A stretch of 64,000 nt of DNA from Candidatus Bathyarchaeota archaeon (GCA_963775465.1 CAVZIW010000006.1:128001-192000); one strand, 5' to 3'; shown: positions 51,314 to 61,965, numbered from the stretch's first letter. The notes: generated by a model from the sequence alone, not told the origin. Translations and numbers: made by a program.

Positions 51314-52504
51314 TTACAGTATTTTGGCGTGAATCTCAATTATATCGCCGTCATCTAATACGAAGTTTAACCCAACTTTCTTTGGACTAAACGGTAACCG
51401 CTTTGCCCATACCATGGCGAACATGAAATTGGACAGCAATTCTTTGTGGATGTTTTTCGCCAGCTCATTGACGGTAGCACCTTTTCTGAGTGTAAAGGGG
51501 CGTTCACTGTGAGCTTTTGCGCCGGGTTCTTTGGTGTAGATGCGAATGATTCCCAGCGATTCAAAGATAGCTTTTCCTAACTCTTGCATGCCGAGTTTGC
51601 GTTCACATGACATTGGAACTATTGGTAATTTGTCTTTTACATGTTCTTTTAGACGTTGCAGATTAACCATTGTTCCGGGTAAGTCAAGTTTGTTTGCGAC
51701 AATTACGGCAGGTTTATAGATTGTGTTTTCATAGATTGCATCTTCTACGTCGCTTAGGGTTACAGCTCCCTTAATGCGTACGATGGCATCGTTGATTTTG
51801 TAGGTTCTCAACAGTTCCTCAATATCTTTCATGCTGCAGTCGATGAGTCTGCCCACAATTACAACTCTTAGTCGTGCACCTGCCGGTCGTCTTTCAATTT
51901 GGACTCTTCCTCCACTGGGCTTACTCACTAAAACCCGCGTTTTTTCCAGTTCTTCCAAGATCAAGTCCAGCTGCGCAACGAGATCACGGGACGCGTCAAG
52001 CATTAGAATTAAGCCATCAGCGTTTCGTGCTAACCCTAGCGTTACATTGCCGCCTGCTTTTCCTTCTGCTGCTCCTTCCATAACGGCGGGTGCTTCAACA
52101 ATCTGAAACTGTACATCCAAATAATTCATGATGCCAGGTACAGGTTCATGTGTGCTAAAAGGTGTAGGGGTAGGGCGCACTTTTGAGTTAGTTGTCGCGC
52201 ACATAAGGCAGCTTTTGCCTACATTGGTCATGCCGATTAACGCAACCTGTGCTGAAGCGGCTTTTTCTATGAAAAGTTTGGGTCCACCGCTGCTTTTTCC
52301 TGTGCCCATGCGCTTCTTTTTATCTAAGTCGTCTCGGATCAGTGCGATTTTTCTGTTTATTTCTCCGCGAAGCTTCATGGTGCCCTTGTGGTGTGGAACG
52401 TATCTTAGGAACTCTTGCATGGCTTCCATTTTTTCTTTAGGAGTCTTGGCTTGCTCAATTAGCTCCCATTTATCCATCGCTTCGGGCGGCAAGTTAGTTG
52501 GCAT
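51314..52504 (-). CDS. DRG/OBG-family GTPase with TGS domain
   Basis: MPTNLPPE, HKGT, GMTNVGKS, PFST, NKLD; C-terminal TGS. Confidence 0.9.
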   Translation of the reverse strand: MPTNLPPEAMDKWELIEQAKTPKEKMEAMQEFLRYVPHHKGTMKLRGEINRKIALIRDDLDKKKRMGTGKSSGGPKLFIEKAASAQVALIGMTNVGKSCLMCATTNSKVRPTPTPFSTHEPVPGIMNYLDVQFQIVEAPAVMEGAAEGKAGGNVTLGLARNADGLILMLDASRDLVAQLDLILEELEKTRVLVSKPSGGRVQIERRPAGARLRVVIVGRLIDCSMKDIEELLRTYKINDAIVRIKGAVTLSDVEDAIYENTIYKPAVIVANKLDLPGTMVNLQRLKEHVKDKLPIVPMSCERKLGMQELGKAIFESLGIIRIYTKEPGAKAHSERPFTLRKGATVNELAKNIHKELLSNFMFAMVWAKRLPFSPKKVGLNFVLDDGDIIEIHAKIL

Positions 52505-52758
52505 TTAAACTTCAGAAAATACATAGTCTAAAGACAACCATAAGACTATTTCTAGAATAAACCCTCAAAATATCCTAACTTAACGTAGTTTGCTACTTTG
52601 GACTTTGTATCTGATTTATGTTTGTAATGTTATCGCTGCTTTTTTCTTCGTTTTTAGGTATTTGTGTCTGTTTATTGAGCGTTTGTCTTTTTGGGCGTGT
52701 TTGAGGTTGCAAAATCTTTTATGCAGTAAAGTCTGAATAATATTCTTAGGGAAAGATA

Positions 52759-54411
52759 GTGAATTCTATCGTTGTAGCCCCTCCCAAAACAAAAAAACGT
52801 TCGTCGATGATCCATTTCTCTATTTTGCCTTCTAAAAATAAAACGAGCCAGAATAGTGAGGTCGGGGTCTTCTTCTCAGAGTTAGGCATTCGTAGTGAGC
52901 AATTCAAAAGTTTGTTTGATAATCTTCCGCAAGGCGTAGCTTTGTATAAAATGGTTTATGATGACAGAAATTTACCTGTAGATTTTATTCTTTTGGACAG
53001 CAACAAGGCATATGAAAATCTTTGTTCTTTTTGTAGAGTCCGCTTAGGGAAAAAACCAATTGCATATAACCTTCAAATCGAAAAAGATTCTGCCTATTGG
53101 ATTGATATTTATAGTAAAGTAGCCAATTTCGGCGTTCCAGAGACTTTTGAAGTTCATTGCCGTGAAACGGATGAATGGTATCAAATTTTTGTTTTCAGCC
53201 CAAAGAAGACCTTTTTAATTTCAGTATTTACGAACATAACGAATCGGAAAAAGAAAGCTTCACAAAGGTTGAGGAACCAGAGAAGAGCGAAAAGAGCACT
53301 TTTGTTGGCCGAAAAAAGGTACCGCAGGTTCTTCGAGACAAGTCATGATGGAATAATGGCCAGAGATATGGATGGAAAAATGATTGATTGCAACAAAGCC
53401 TACGCTAAAATGCTCGGTTATACAAAAAAAGAATTAAGACAACTCTCTGTTCAGCAACTGCTTCCTGAATTGTGGCATGAACAACGAGAAAAAATTGTTA
53501 AAAAAGTCTTGAGGGGTGGGCGTTCGATTGTTTTTGAACGAGAATATAAGCGGAAAGACGGTTCGGTTTTTCCAGCGTCTGTAAGAACTTGGCGGTTGAT
53601 AGATCCTAAAGGGCCAGTTATAGGAATCTGGTCTATTGTTAGGGACATAACTGAACAGAAAGATCAACAGAAAAGCCTTGTACAGCAAGCAGGGGTTCTG
53701 GAAAAGTTGGTTGCTGAGCGGACAAAGCAGCTTAAAGATGCTGAACGGTTAGCTGCTATAGGTCAAACTGCTGGTATGGTTGGACATGATCTTCGTAACC
53801 CTTTGCAGACTGTCCTTGGCGAATTGTATCTTGCAAAGAGCGATGTTGAATCACTCGCTGATGACTCTGTTAAATGTAGTTTGTTTGAGAGTATTCGCGG
53901 GATTGAGGAGCAAATTGTTTACATGGATAAGATTGTGTCTGATTTGCAGGCGTTTGTGCAACCCGTAAAGATTGACAAGAAACCCTTTAGTTTAAGCCAA
54001 CTCGTAAGCTCGGTTTTAGAAACGGTTATGATTCCCCAAGAAATTTTGGTGCAAATTCGTATTCCTGAAAATATTCCTCATGTGAAAGCTGATCCTCAAC
54101 TGTTAAAAAGAGTATTAATTAATTTAGTCACTAATGCGGTTCAAGCTATGCCTGAAGGCGGCACATTAAACATATCCTCAAATTCTGGTTTAGACGATAA
54201 ATTATTTTTGTTTATTGAAGATTCTGGTGTTGGGATATCTGACGAAATAAAGAACCAGATTTTTACGCCTCTTTTTACAACTAAACCTCGCGGTCAAGGC
54301 TTTGGTTTAGCTGTCTGCAAACGTGTAATAGAAGCACATGCCGGTACCATAGGATTTGAAAGCCAAGTGGGGCAGGGAACAAAGTTTACTATTCAGCTTC
54401 CTTTAGGCTAA
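52759..54411 (+). CDS. PAS-PAS sensor histidine kinase (start uncertain)
   Basis: Two PAS domains; H box GHDLRNPL, NLVTNA, DSGVG, GFGL. Confidence 0.92.
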   Translation: MNSIVVAPPKTKKRSSMIHFSILPSKNKTSQNSEVGVFFSELGIRSEQFKSLFDNLPQGVALYKMVYDDRNLPVDFILLDSNKAYENLCSFCRVRLGKKPIAYNLQIEKDSAYWIDIYSKVANFGVPETFEVHCRETDEWYQIFVFSPKKTFLISVFTNITNRKKKASQRLRNQRRAKRALLLAEKRYRRFFETSHDGIMARDMDGKMIDCNKAYAKMLGYTKKELRQLSVQQLLPELWHEQREKIVKKVLRGGRSIVFEREYKRKDGSVFPASVRTWRLIDPKGPVIGIWSIVRDITEQKDQQKSLVQQAGVLEKLVAERTKQLKDAERLAAIGQTAGMVGHDLRNPLQTVLGELYLAKSDVESLADDSVKCSLFESIRGIEEQIVYMDKIVSDLQAFVQPVKIDKKPFSLSQLVSSVLETVMIPQEILVQIRIPENIPHVKADPQLLKRVLINLVTNAVQAMPEGGTLNISSNSGLDDKLFLFIEDSGVGISDEIKNQIFTPLFTTKPRGQGFGLAVCKRVIEAHAGTIGFESQVGQGTKFTIQLPLG

Positions 54412-54414
54412 AGA

Positions 54415-54702
54415 TTATTCTACTTTATTTTTTTGTAGTTTTTGTTTTAGAGTATAAATGAATACGATAAACCAGAAAACGACTGTAACCCAGGTGAATG
54501 CAAAGCCAATAACATTTCCAAGAAGATAATATGCTATTTCAAAACCGACGATGGAGACAAAAGTTAGAAATGACCCGACGATGCTATATCCACGGAGTAC
54601 ATTTCTATTTTTAATAACTGCCCTTAACATCAACAATAATGCAGCAAAGTTAACTACACTGGCAACATCTAAAAATAAATTAGCTAACGCATAAGTGTCC
54701 AT
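54415..54702 (-). CDS. Small three-TM protein
   Basis: Three hydrophobic helices with a basic tail. Confidence 0.65.
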   Translation of the reverse strand: MDTYALANLFLDVASVVNFAALLLMLRAVIKNRNVLRGYSIVGSFLTFVSIVGFEIAYYLLGNVIGFAFTWVTVVFWFIVFIYTLKQKLQKNKVE

Positions 54703-54917
54703 CGGTTCGTATTTCCCAATGCCAGATCTGTTTACCCTAACTTAAGATTATCGCAAGAGGTAGCTTAGTTTTTTATTCAAATTTTTAATTTTAAGTTTTC
54801 AGCGAAGCTGTTTTTGAGTTGTGGCGGATTTTATCTATATTTTGTTCTAATTTTAGATAGATTTTGGTAAAACGATAAATAGGCTGTTTAGCAAAAAATA
54901 CAGGTAAAGGTGGATCA

Positions 54918-55571
54918 ATGAAGGCATCAAAAACAATCATAATTGCACCGTTGTTAGTTGTTTTTCTTTTTTGTGGTTTTGCTTCCGCAGTAACGCTTAC
55001 TTCCGATCAAGCATATGTTAGAGCATTTATCTCAAACCCTCAATCACAAGCTGGAGAAACCATTACAGCTGCAATCTATTTTGAAAACAACTACACAGAA
55101 TCTCTTGTTCTGGATTATATCGGCTTTCATTTCAGTTGGATGCCTGAAAATACCCTTTATGGGTTCAACTTTTCAAGTTCACCTGTTTCTGTAGCCGTGG
55201 GCTCCAGCTACTCAAGTTCCATAAACATAACAATTCCTCAATCTGCCAACGGAGTAATAAGCTATTATGCTGGAGTTGATGGAAATCTAGGAAGCTCATC
55301 CACTGATACATTCTCTATCAATTCAGAGTCTGCTGAATTTTTGGTCTCTGGTACCGGTCCAACAGCTACTCCAACAAGTACCCCTTCAATAGGTCAACCA
55401 TCATCGAACATTCTCTTATACGGATTGATCATCGTAGTCGTCGTTGTCGTCGCCTCACTAATTTTAATAATGATGTTACGAAAGAAAAGAAAACACGCTG
55501 AGAAGCCTGCTGAATCAGCGGCCCAGCCTAGTTCTGAGCAGAAACCTTCCGAGCAAGATTTCTCAGTATAA
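54918..55571 (+). CDS. Surface protein: signal peptide, Ig-like domain, C-terminal TM anchor
   Basis: Signal peptide; P/T linker; TM followed by RKKRK. Confidence 0.8.
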   Translation: MKASKTIIIAPLLVVFLFCGFASAVTLTSDQAYVRAFISNPQSQAGETITAAIYFENNYTESLVLDYIGFHFSWMPENTLYGFNFSSSPVSVAVGSSYSSSINITIPQSANGVISYYAGVDGNLGSSSTDTFSINSESAEFLVSGTGPTATPTSTPSIGQPSSNILLYGLIIVVVVVVASLILIMMLRKKRKHAEKPAESAAQPSSEQKPSEQDFSV

Positions 55572-55634
55572 CTTTTTCTTTAGACAACATTTGAAAAGGC
55601 TTATAGCTCAACTCAACAACATAAGACTGCAACA

Positions 55635-56303
55635 GTGCCAACTTTGAAGACGAACAGAAACACAGCCCTAACTGGACTTGGAATAATCATTCTGATAGCA
55701 GTATTATTCTTCTATTTTTCCCCAAACTCACAAGCTCAAACCAAACAAAGCTTCACACCATCAGACAGGTTTGACATCCAATCACTTAACGGCTCCATAA
55801 GATTTGCATCAAATGGAACATTTTCGTCGGCAACTTTAGAGAATGACGCTTGGGTCTTTAGTGATTTAAGATTCAACATATCTCGACCCCAAGGTAATCT
55901 AATAGTCTCGGCTGAAAATTCTAACATGACAATTTTTTCTTATCAGACAATTAGCTTCATCGGTAGAAGCGAGTTTTTGAGAGTCGAAGTAGAGGGTTTG
56001 GGCAGGCAAACTGTAAATCTTGGTTTGAATTATTCGAAGCCGACGAGCGGTAGCGAATGGAGCGTTGTTACTCCCGGAAGTGTTTTTCTTGCTGAAGGTG
56101 AAGGTTGGAAGCTCTTACCTGATAATACAGTAGTTATTACTAATCTAACGGGCAACTTTTCCATAGTGCATTACAATTTAGGCTTAAATAGCGATGAAAA
56201 CCTGCCTTTTTATCAAAAACACTCTATAATCATCATAACAGCATTTGTGTTAGCTTCTACTGTAACAGTCTGCGCGATAATTAATTTTAGAGGGAGGAAA
56301 TGA
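55635..56303 (+). CDS. Membrane-anchored beta-rich hypothetical protein
   Basis: N- and C-terminal TM helices; ends 4 nt before the next gene. Confidence 0.72.
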   Translation: MPTLKTNRNTALTGLGIIILIAVLFFYFSPNSQAQTKQSFTPSDRFDIQSLNGSIRFASNGTFSSATLENDAWVFSDLRFNISRPQGNLIVSAENSNMTIFSYQTISFIGRSEFLRVEVEGLGRQTVNLGLNYSKPTSGSEWSVVTPGSVFLAEGEGWKLLPDNTVVITNLTGNFSIVHYNLGLNSDENLPFYQKHSIIIITAFVLASTVTVCAIINFRGRK

Positions 56304-56307
56304 AAAG

Positions 56308-57552
56308 ATGTTCGGTGACTACTACCCCTCAATAGTATTGCTGATTTACGCTATAGTAGTTGCGGGGGGCATCATCCTTATCCTCAAACTATCCAGAGAC
56401 AAAACAAGAAAAATCAGCTCTCTTCGTCTCTTTGTCCAGATCGTTGCTTTGATTGCAATATTTATGGGTCTTCTAATCGGTCCTTTCAATCAACCTAATT
56501 CACTATTCTATCCTCTGGGTACTTCTCCGCGAGACCGTTTAATTGGTGCTGATATTTTAGGTAATCAATTTCCAGACGGAATCTCACTTCCAATTTTAGC
56601 CTGTTATTACCCCAATGGACGAACAGTTACCTGCGCGCTCTGGCAATTGCAAGCATATATTTTTCCTTTCTGGGACTATCCTCGAGGTTATGAGGTGATC
56701 TATTCAACTTCAGGCTTGGAGAAAATAGCTATAGTAATCGGTATGCTGGTTGTCGCATCGCTGTTGTTAGGTAGATTTTTCTGCGGTTGGCTCTGTCCCT
56801 TTGGTCTATACCAAGACATTCTAACGCGAATCCGAAAATTAGTTCGACGGCGACATCTGAATTTCTCTGATAAAACAAGCATAAAGCTTGGTCAATCACG
56901 CTACATCATAATCGCAGCTTTCTTGATTTTAAGCTTTATTTTTGCATCCTACACTATTTTCGGAACAGAAATCATTCCTGGAACAAAACTTGGTGGACCG
57001 CAGGGAACTGAAGCAGGTATAGTCAGCAACATTAACGAACCATTCTGCTTGATATGTCCGATGAGGCCATTATGCATCTTGGCAGAAACTGGCATTGGAC
57101 AAATGAATTACTCCTACATCTCTCAGATTGTGTATGGTCCATTTTGGATTTCAGGTTTCTACTTGACATCGATTAACTTGGCTGTTTTAGTAGCAGTTAC
57201 AATTTTAGCGTTTGCTTATAGACGGTTCTGGTGCAGAATCTGTCCCCTAGGCGCTTTAACTGCCCTTTTCAGTTCCTTCACTCCCTTCAAACAGATAGCT
57301 TTGACAAAACTTCAGAAAGATGTGCATAAATGTACCAAATGTGGCGTCTGCAAACGTGTCTGTCCAACCCAAGCCACAGCAATGTATGAACAGAAAGGCG
57401 GAGACGTAACTGAATCAAGATGTATGCTCTGTGCAAGATGTGTTGAAATCTGTCCCTACGAAGGTGCATTAAAACTAGATTTCGCTGGAAAAACTATGCT
57501 GAAGTCAAGGAATTGGCTGCAAGAAAACAAATCTATCGATAAGAATGATTGA
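56308..57552 (+). CDS. Membrane 4Fe-4S protein (NapH/MauN-like)
   Basis: GRFFCGWLCPFG, RFWCRICPLG, two CxxCxxCxxxCP motifs. Confidence 0.88.
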   Translation: MFGDYYPSIVLLIYAIVVAGGIILILKLSRDKTRKISSLRLFVQIVALIAIFMGLLIGPFNQPNSLFYPLGTSPRDRLIGADILGNQFPDGISLPILACYYPNGRTVTCALWQLQAYIFPFWDYPRGYEVIYSTSGLEKIAIVIGMLVVASLLLGRFFCGWLCPFGLYQDILTRIRKLVRRRHLNFSDKTSIKLGQSRYIIIAAFLILSFIFASYTIFGTEIIPGTKLGGPQGTEAGIVSNINEPFCLICPMRPLCILAETGIGQMNYSYISQIVYGPFWISGFYLTSINLAVLVAVTILAFAYRRFWCRICPLGALTALFSSFTPFKQIALTKLQKDVHKCTKCGVCKRVCPTQATAMYEQKGGDVTESRCMLCARCVEICPYEGALKLDFAGKTMLKSRNWLQENKSIDKND

Positions 57553-57789
57553 TGATTGTTTTTTCTGTTTTTGGGCGCATTGGAATTACGCTCTTTTTGC
57601 ATTATTTCTGCTATAACAACAATTTTTGCTTTTTTTATATTTGTGGAGGTTTATTTTGGTCTTATTTTTTTGTATTGGGTTTGTTTTATATGCAGGGTTC
57701 GTTATAAAAAGGCTTAAAACGTTTGGGAAAGGATAGAAAAGTCAAAGCTTCAAGATAGAAACGCTTTCTAAAATGTGCTATAGACGCTT

Positions 57790-58518
57790 CTAACTTTTAC
57801 CATTCTTTTTTTTGCTAAGGGGGTCTCCGCATTTTTTGCAAAATGAAGCTTGTAACTTGTTCTCGGTGCCGCAGCAACGGCAAGTTGACATTTTTGTATT
57901 TTCATTTGGGGGTGTTTGCTTTTGGATTTTTGTGCCGCAGTTTTGGCAAAAATTTGCGTCAAAATCATTTACATAGCTGCAACATTGGCAGACGGGACCT
58001 TTTGTGGTTGATTTTTCTTGGTGAATGGTTCTTGTTTGTAATGTGTTGCCATAAATCAAGAGTTTGTCTTTCAGCATTTCGATTTTGGGCAGTAGACCAC
58101 TTAGTTGAGTAAATTGCTCAGGGTTTGGCGCAAACTTGGATATACATTCTTTGCTTAGAATGATAAACTTGGGTTTGCGTGCTGGAATCAGCTTAACTTT
58201 TTCTATCTCATCGTAAGTGTAAAAGCAGCTTTTCTTGCTAATTTTTAAGACTTCATCGAGTGATAAAGCATTGATTTCTTCTTCTATCTCTTGCCTTTTA
58301 GTTTTGTAATCTTCATCATTTGATGCTGGCGGCGGACCACCCAACACTTGAGACATCAAATAGGGACGGCCAACTTCTTCCAAATTGGAACGGTTTGCTC
58401 TTCCCATACAGACTAAGGCGATGCGTTTGTCAGTAAAATAAACATCGTATCTAGTGGAAACGTCAATCGGTAAAACGACATCTTTGATGATTGCAAGTTT
58501 CTGTTCTGAACTTGACAT
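57790..58518 (-). CDS. Protein with C-terminal double zinc ribbon
   Basis: CQCCSYVN...FCQNCG and CRCCG...FCKKCG. Confidence 0.8.
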   Translation of the reverse strand: MSSSEQKLAIIKDVVLPIDVSTRYDVYFTDKRIALVCMGRANRSNLEEVGRPYLMSQVLGGPPPASNDEDYKTKRQEIEEEINALSLDEVLKISKKSCFYTYDEIEKVKLIPARKPKFIILSKECISKFAPNPEQFTQLSGLLPKIEMLKDKLLIYGNTLQTRTIHQEKSTTKGPVCQCCSYVNDFDANFCQNCGTKIQKQTPPNENTKMSTCRCCGTENKLQASFCKKCGDPLSKKKNGKS

Positions 58519-58573
58519 GATTCAAAGCTCCAACCGAGAATTGTTATTTGCGGTATTAGCTCTTAAGGTTATT

Positions 58574-59170
58574 CTAAGCCTGTTTAATCAGGTTAATTTG
58601 GATATTCAAATATCTGCTCGCTTTTGTAGCTAAAATAAAAGCAATAGGAACTGTGTATAGAACAGTTGTTACATTATATAAAACAAAAACAGGAACCAAT
58701 CCAATTATAACAATTTCAGGAAGAGAAACTCCGAAAAACAACGGTAAGAGAACATGATATAATACACTAAAATCCACCAAAGGCATAATGCTACCCCTAA
58801 ACGCAACGCCAATACCCGTCAAAAATACAATTAGCTTTCTTTGACTAAACTTTCCTTCACCGGTTCTCTTAGCAATCAATCGGGTAGCAAAATACAAGCC
58901 CAATAACGTTATCAACAATGAAATAAAATCCATTGAATACGCCACAATTCCGTTTAGACCCAATGGAAATAACGTAATAGCACCTAACCAGTTGATTGCC
59001 CCCACAAGTACCCCCGTTCTAACGCCGAAAAGAAAAAAGACAGCTATTATGGGTATTTGGCTAAATTGATAGAATACCTGTGACCAGTAAATTGTGGGGA
59101 TTCTAACTGCATTCAATACTATTGCAACAGCAGCAAAAGCAACTACTAAAGCAATAGTTTTGGATTCCAT
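58574..59170 (-). CDS. ECF S-component-like membrane protein (paralogue of 42286-42921)
   Basis: FAAVAIVLN, YQFSQIP, YN...YTVP. Confidence 0.7.
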   Translation of the reverse strand: MESKTIALVVAFAAVAIVLNAVRIPTIYWSQVFYQFSQIPIIAVFFLFGVRTGVLVGAINWLGAITLFPLGLNGIVAYSMDFISLLITLLGLYFATRLIAKRTGEGKFSQRKLIVFLTGIGVAFRGSIMPLVDFSVLYHVLLPLFFGVSLPEIVIIGLVPVFVLYNVTTVLYTVPIAFILATKASRYLNIQINLIKQA

Positions 59171-59222
59171 GGTTACTCAATATAGCCGATTTTGATTTAA
59201 AACTGTTCTTCAGCGTTTTTAG

Positions 59223-61274
59223 CTATCTTGACTTTTCAGGAGGGTAGATAGTTATTATCGAATCTCTAATAAGGTATCCATCAGTGCCTGGTCCTGAGTA
59301 TTTTGAGGCGGGATGGAAGAAGGTTACAAATGCATCCAAGTAGTTTTCTTCGCGAACAATTCTATAACCCGGTGGAGGCACCACAGTATAGGCTGTGGTT
59401 TTAACATCACCATACCCTTCTATCAATATGCATGCTGGAGGAAGAGTGAGTTTAGGCGGATGGAGTGGTATTGGTACTGTCCAACCCGCAAAGAGAGTGT
59501 TTCCGTGTACTTTTATCTCAATTTCATCTTTTTTTATCAAGTGGGTATTTTGACCAGCCGGGTTGCCTCTGTTCATCTTTTTCCAAAATTCATGAGCTCT
59601 TGGATTATCTCCTACAATGGCAACTGGTACGTAGGCAAACCCCTTAGTGGTTTGAAGCTTTGACAAGAATATTATAGCATCTTCTTCTCCGAGGCTTGAT
59701 GATTTTTCAATTTTGTCAACTATAATCATTATTTCTGGCAATTTCAGGAATTTAGGAGGATGAATAACAGCTAAACCAATGCTACCAAATCTTCTGTCTA
59801 TAGCTTTCGCAGATATAGCATTGCTAACCCTTTTTGCTGCTACCATCTTTTGAAGTACGTCTTTTTCAGTCAGAGTTCCAGGGGGGATCTGTTCGATAAT
59901 AAAGGGACTCCCCATAAGATTAGGGGGACCGTATGGAAATGGGGAAAGCGTAGGGTCAACCTTTTGAAGTATTGTTTTAAGAGTGGAAACTGACGGCATT
60001 TGGGCGTGTTCCCACATATCATTTAGCATCTTTTTTAATCTAATCACGTAATCATTATCATTAGCATAGATAGTATTCTCAAAGGACATTTCCAATCCAT
60101 GATCTGGCGTTTTGAATTGGAAGAGGTGATTTTCATCGATGAGTGTCATCCCCAAATAACCAACAGGTATGTGTCTAACTCTATATTTTTTAAGAAGTTC
60201 TTGGGCAACGTCTCTGTTATCACTAGTTATTGAAAACATTAAACGGACAGCCACATCTTTTTGAACTGAATTGTTTAACAATTGCTTTGTTTTGTCTATT
60301 GCTAAAGGGCTATCAGACGCAATTATCATAATGATCTCTTTTTTTGCAGACTGCAATGCGTCACGATATTTTGCATAAGCGGTATGGGAATTATTTATGA
60401 TCTGTATTTTTTGGGTTAAAAAATTACCTGTTTGGGATTCGCTGATCTTAGTTAGTGCTCCTGTAGAACTAGACCATAATTCTTCGAAAACAAGCGAAAA
60501 AGCGTCAATAAGAGACTTACAATTTGTCCACAGAAAAAGATCTTTGTTCCGTTCTTTAAGATTAGTTGATTTGCCAGCGATCTGAAATAAAGCTTCTTCA
60601 TTGTCCCTTATAGTCATCTGAGGAAAATGCTCTACTTCAAGTTCAGGAACTCTTACATCAATATTGGGTATCTTTGCTGCAATTTGTCTGAAGATTTCTT
60701 TCATAGCAGCTAGATTTTGGTTCTGACTCTCGATAAGAAAGCGGAAAGAAATTTCTGGGCGCAGATTCTTAAAACGCTGATCGAAAACTCCAAAATAGTC
60801 TGCTTGCGCTAAGTTTTGTGATGTCATTATGATAGAGAAACTATCCTTTGTTTTGTTAAATAGTTGAGATTGTTTGTGCGCTATCTTTTGTTTTCCCTCG
60901 ATTAACGCAAACTTTTCAACAGAAATGTCTGGCTTAGGATTATCGATCTTTTTCCAGTACGTTAACAGAGTATTTTTTTCCTCTTTTATTCTGGCAACTT
61001 CGCTAAGCTTAGACTGAATGTTTAGATCGATAACGTTTTCAAAAGGAACGGCAGAAAAACGCGCTGGAAACTCGACAGTTGATTCGACAATACATTTAGC
61101 TTGTAGACTTCGCAGAATTCGATAAACAAGTGCTTTTGTAGTCTTAGTTTGCTTAGCAATTTCTCCTCCCTTTAAAATGCCTTGTTTTGCTAAAAAAATG
61201 TAAATGTCCATTTCCTTTTCTGTTAGTCCGAACTCTTTCAGAATTTTTCTAACAGCTTCTTCACTCATTGGCAT
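59223..61274 (-). CDS. Large TrmB-family regulator (HTH, two PLD-like sensor domains, C-terminal domain)
   Basis: LKEFGLTEKE..IYIFL...VYRILRSL..K; PARFSAV; duplicated sensor segments. Confidence 0.88.
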   Translation of the reverse strand: MPMSEEAVRKILKEFGLTEKEMDIYIFLAKQGILKGGEIAKQTKTTKALVYRILRSLQAKCIVESTVEFPARFSAVPFENVIDLNIQSKLSEVARIKEEKNTLLTYWKKIDNPKPDISVEKFALIEGKQKIAHKQSQLFNKTKDSFSIIMTSQNLAQADYFGVFDQRFKNLRPEISFRFLIESQNQNLAAMKEIFRQIAAKIPNIDVRVPELEVEHFPQMTIRDNEEALFQIAGKSTNLKERNKDLFLWTNCKSLIDAFSLVFEELWSSSTGALTKISESQTGNFLTQKIQIINNSHTAYAKYRDALQSAKKEIIMIIASDSPLAIDKTKQLLNNSVQKDVAVRLMFSITSDNRDVAQELLKKYRVRHIPVGYLGMTLIDENHLFQFKTPDHGLEMSFENTIYANDNDYVIRLKKMLNDMWEHAQMPSVSTLKTILQKVDPTLSPFPYGPPNLMGSPFIIEQIPPGTLTEKDVLQKMVAAKRVSNAISAKAIDRRFGSIGLAVIHPPKFLKLPEIMIIVDKIEKSSSLGEEDAIIFLSKLQTTKGFAYVPVAIVGDNPRAHEFWKKMNRGNPAGQNTHLIKKDEIEIKVHGNTLFAGWTVPIPLHPPKLTLPPACILIEGYGDVKTTAYTVVPPPGYRIVREENYLDAFVTFFHPASKYSGPGTDGYLIRDSIITIYPPEKSR

Positions 61275-61413
61275 TCTCTCCTAACTGGTGACTAACTTTG
61301 GTTACTAGTTCATTGTTATGTGCTTGAACGGATTTATTATTTTTTCAGCACCGTAAAGCGGTCAATATATTTGAGGTTTCCAATAAAGGAAAAAGCTAGG
61401 GGAGGTGAAATGA

Positions 61414-61965
61414 ATTAAACGAAAAGTAGCATCTATTGTGGTTTTACTATGCATTGTTTTGGCAGCATCATTGATTTTAGGAGCAACTGCAAATTGGGGA
61501 AAAGAACATAAAACCTATGTTGACTATAAATTCCAAGCGGTCTTGGACAATCCAGTAGTTACAACAACTGTTAATCCTCCAATTCTCACCGTAGATGGGT
61601 ACCGACCAGCCTCTGGTATTCAAGATTGCAACGTGACAATCAACAATAAAACCTACTTCTATCCCGACGACTTCAGCTACCAAGAAACCTTCCATGTTGA
61701 AGCCAACCAAATTACTGGAAAAAGTATCATGTTAGTGACAACGACTCTTACTTTCAACTTACCTGGACACCCAACTATAACGGAATACTTGACGCTACAG
61801 TCCACAAGAACTGGACCAAACACCAGTACAGATGATAGCCAATTCTATTTGACAGGAACAAGAACGTTTAGAAATGTAGAAGGCGGAGGATTCGCAGAGA
61901 GCTACGGAATTTCAGGAACAGATTACGCACTTCACATAGGTCTAATCAAAGGGTGGCCATTCTAA
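61414..61965 (+). CDS. Secreted hypothetical protein, probable ATT start
   Basis: GGAGGTGA at 61401-61408, in-frame TGA at 61411, then ATT AAA CGA AAA giving a complete signal peptide. Confidence 0.72.
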   Translation: MKRKVASIVVLLCIVLAASLILGATANWGKEHKTYVDYKFQAVLDNPVVTTTVNPPILTVDGYRPASGIQDCNVTINNKTYFYPDDFSYQETFHVEANQITGKSIMLVTTTLTFNLPGHPTITEYLTLQSTRTGPNTSTDDSQFYLTGTRTFRNVEGGGFAESYGISGTDYALHIGLIKGWPF

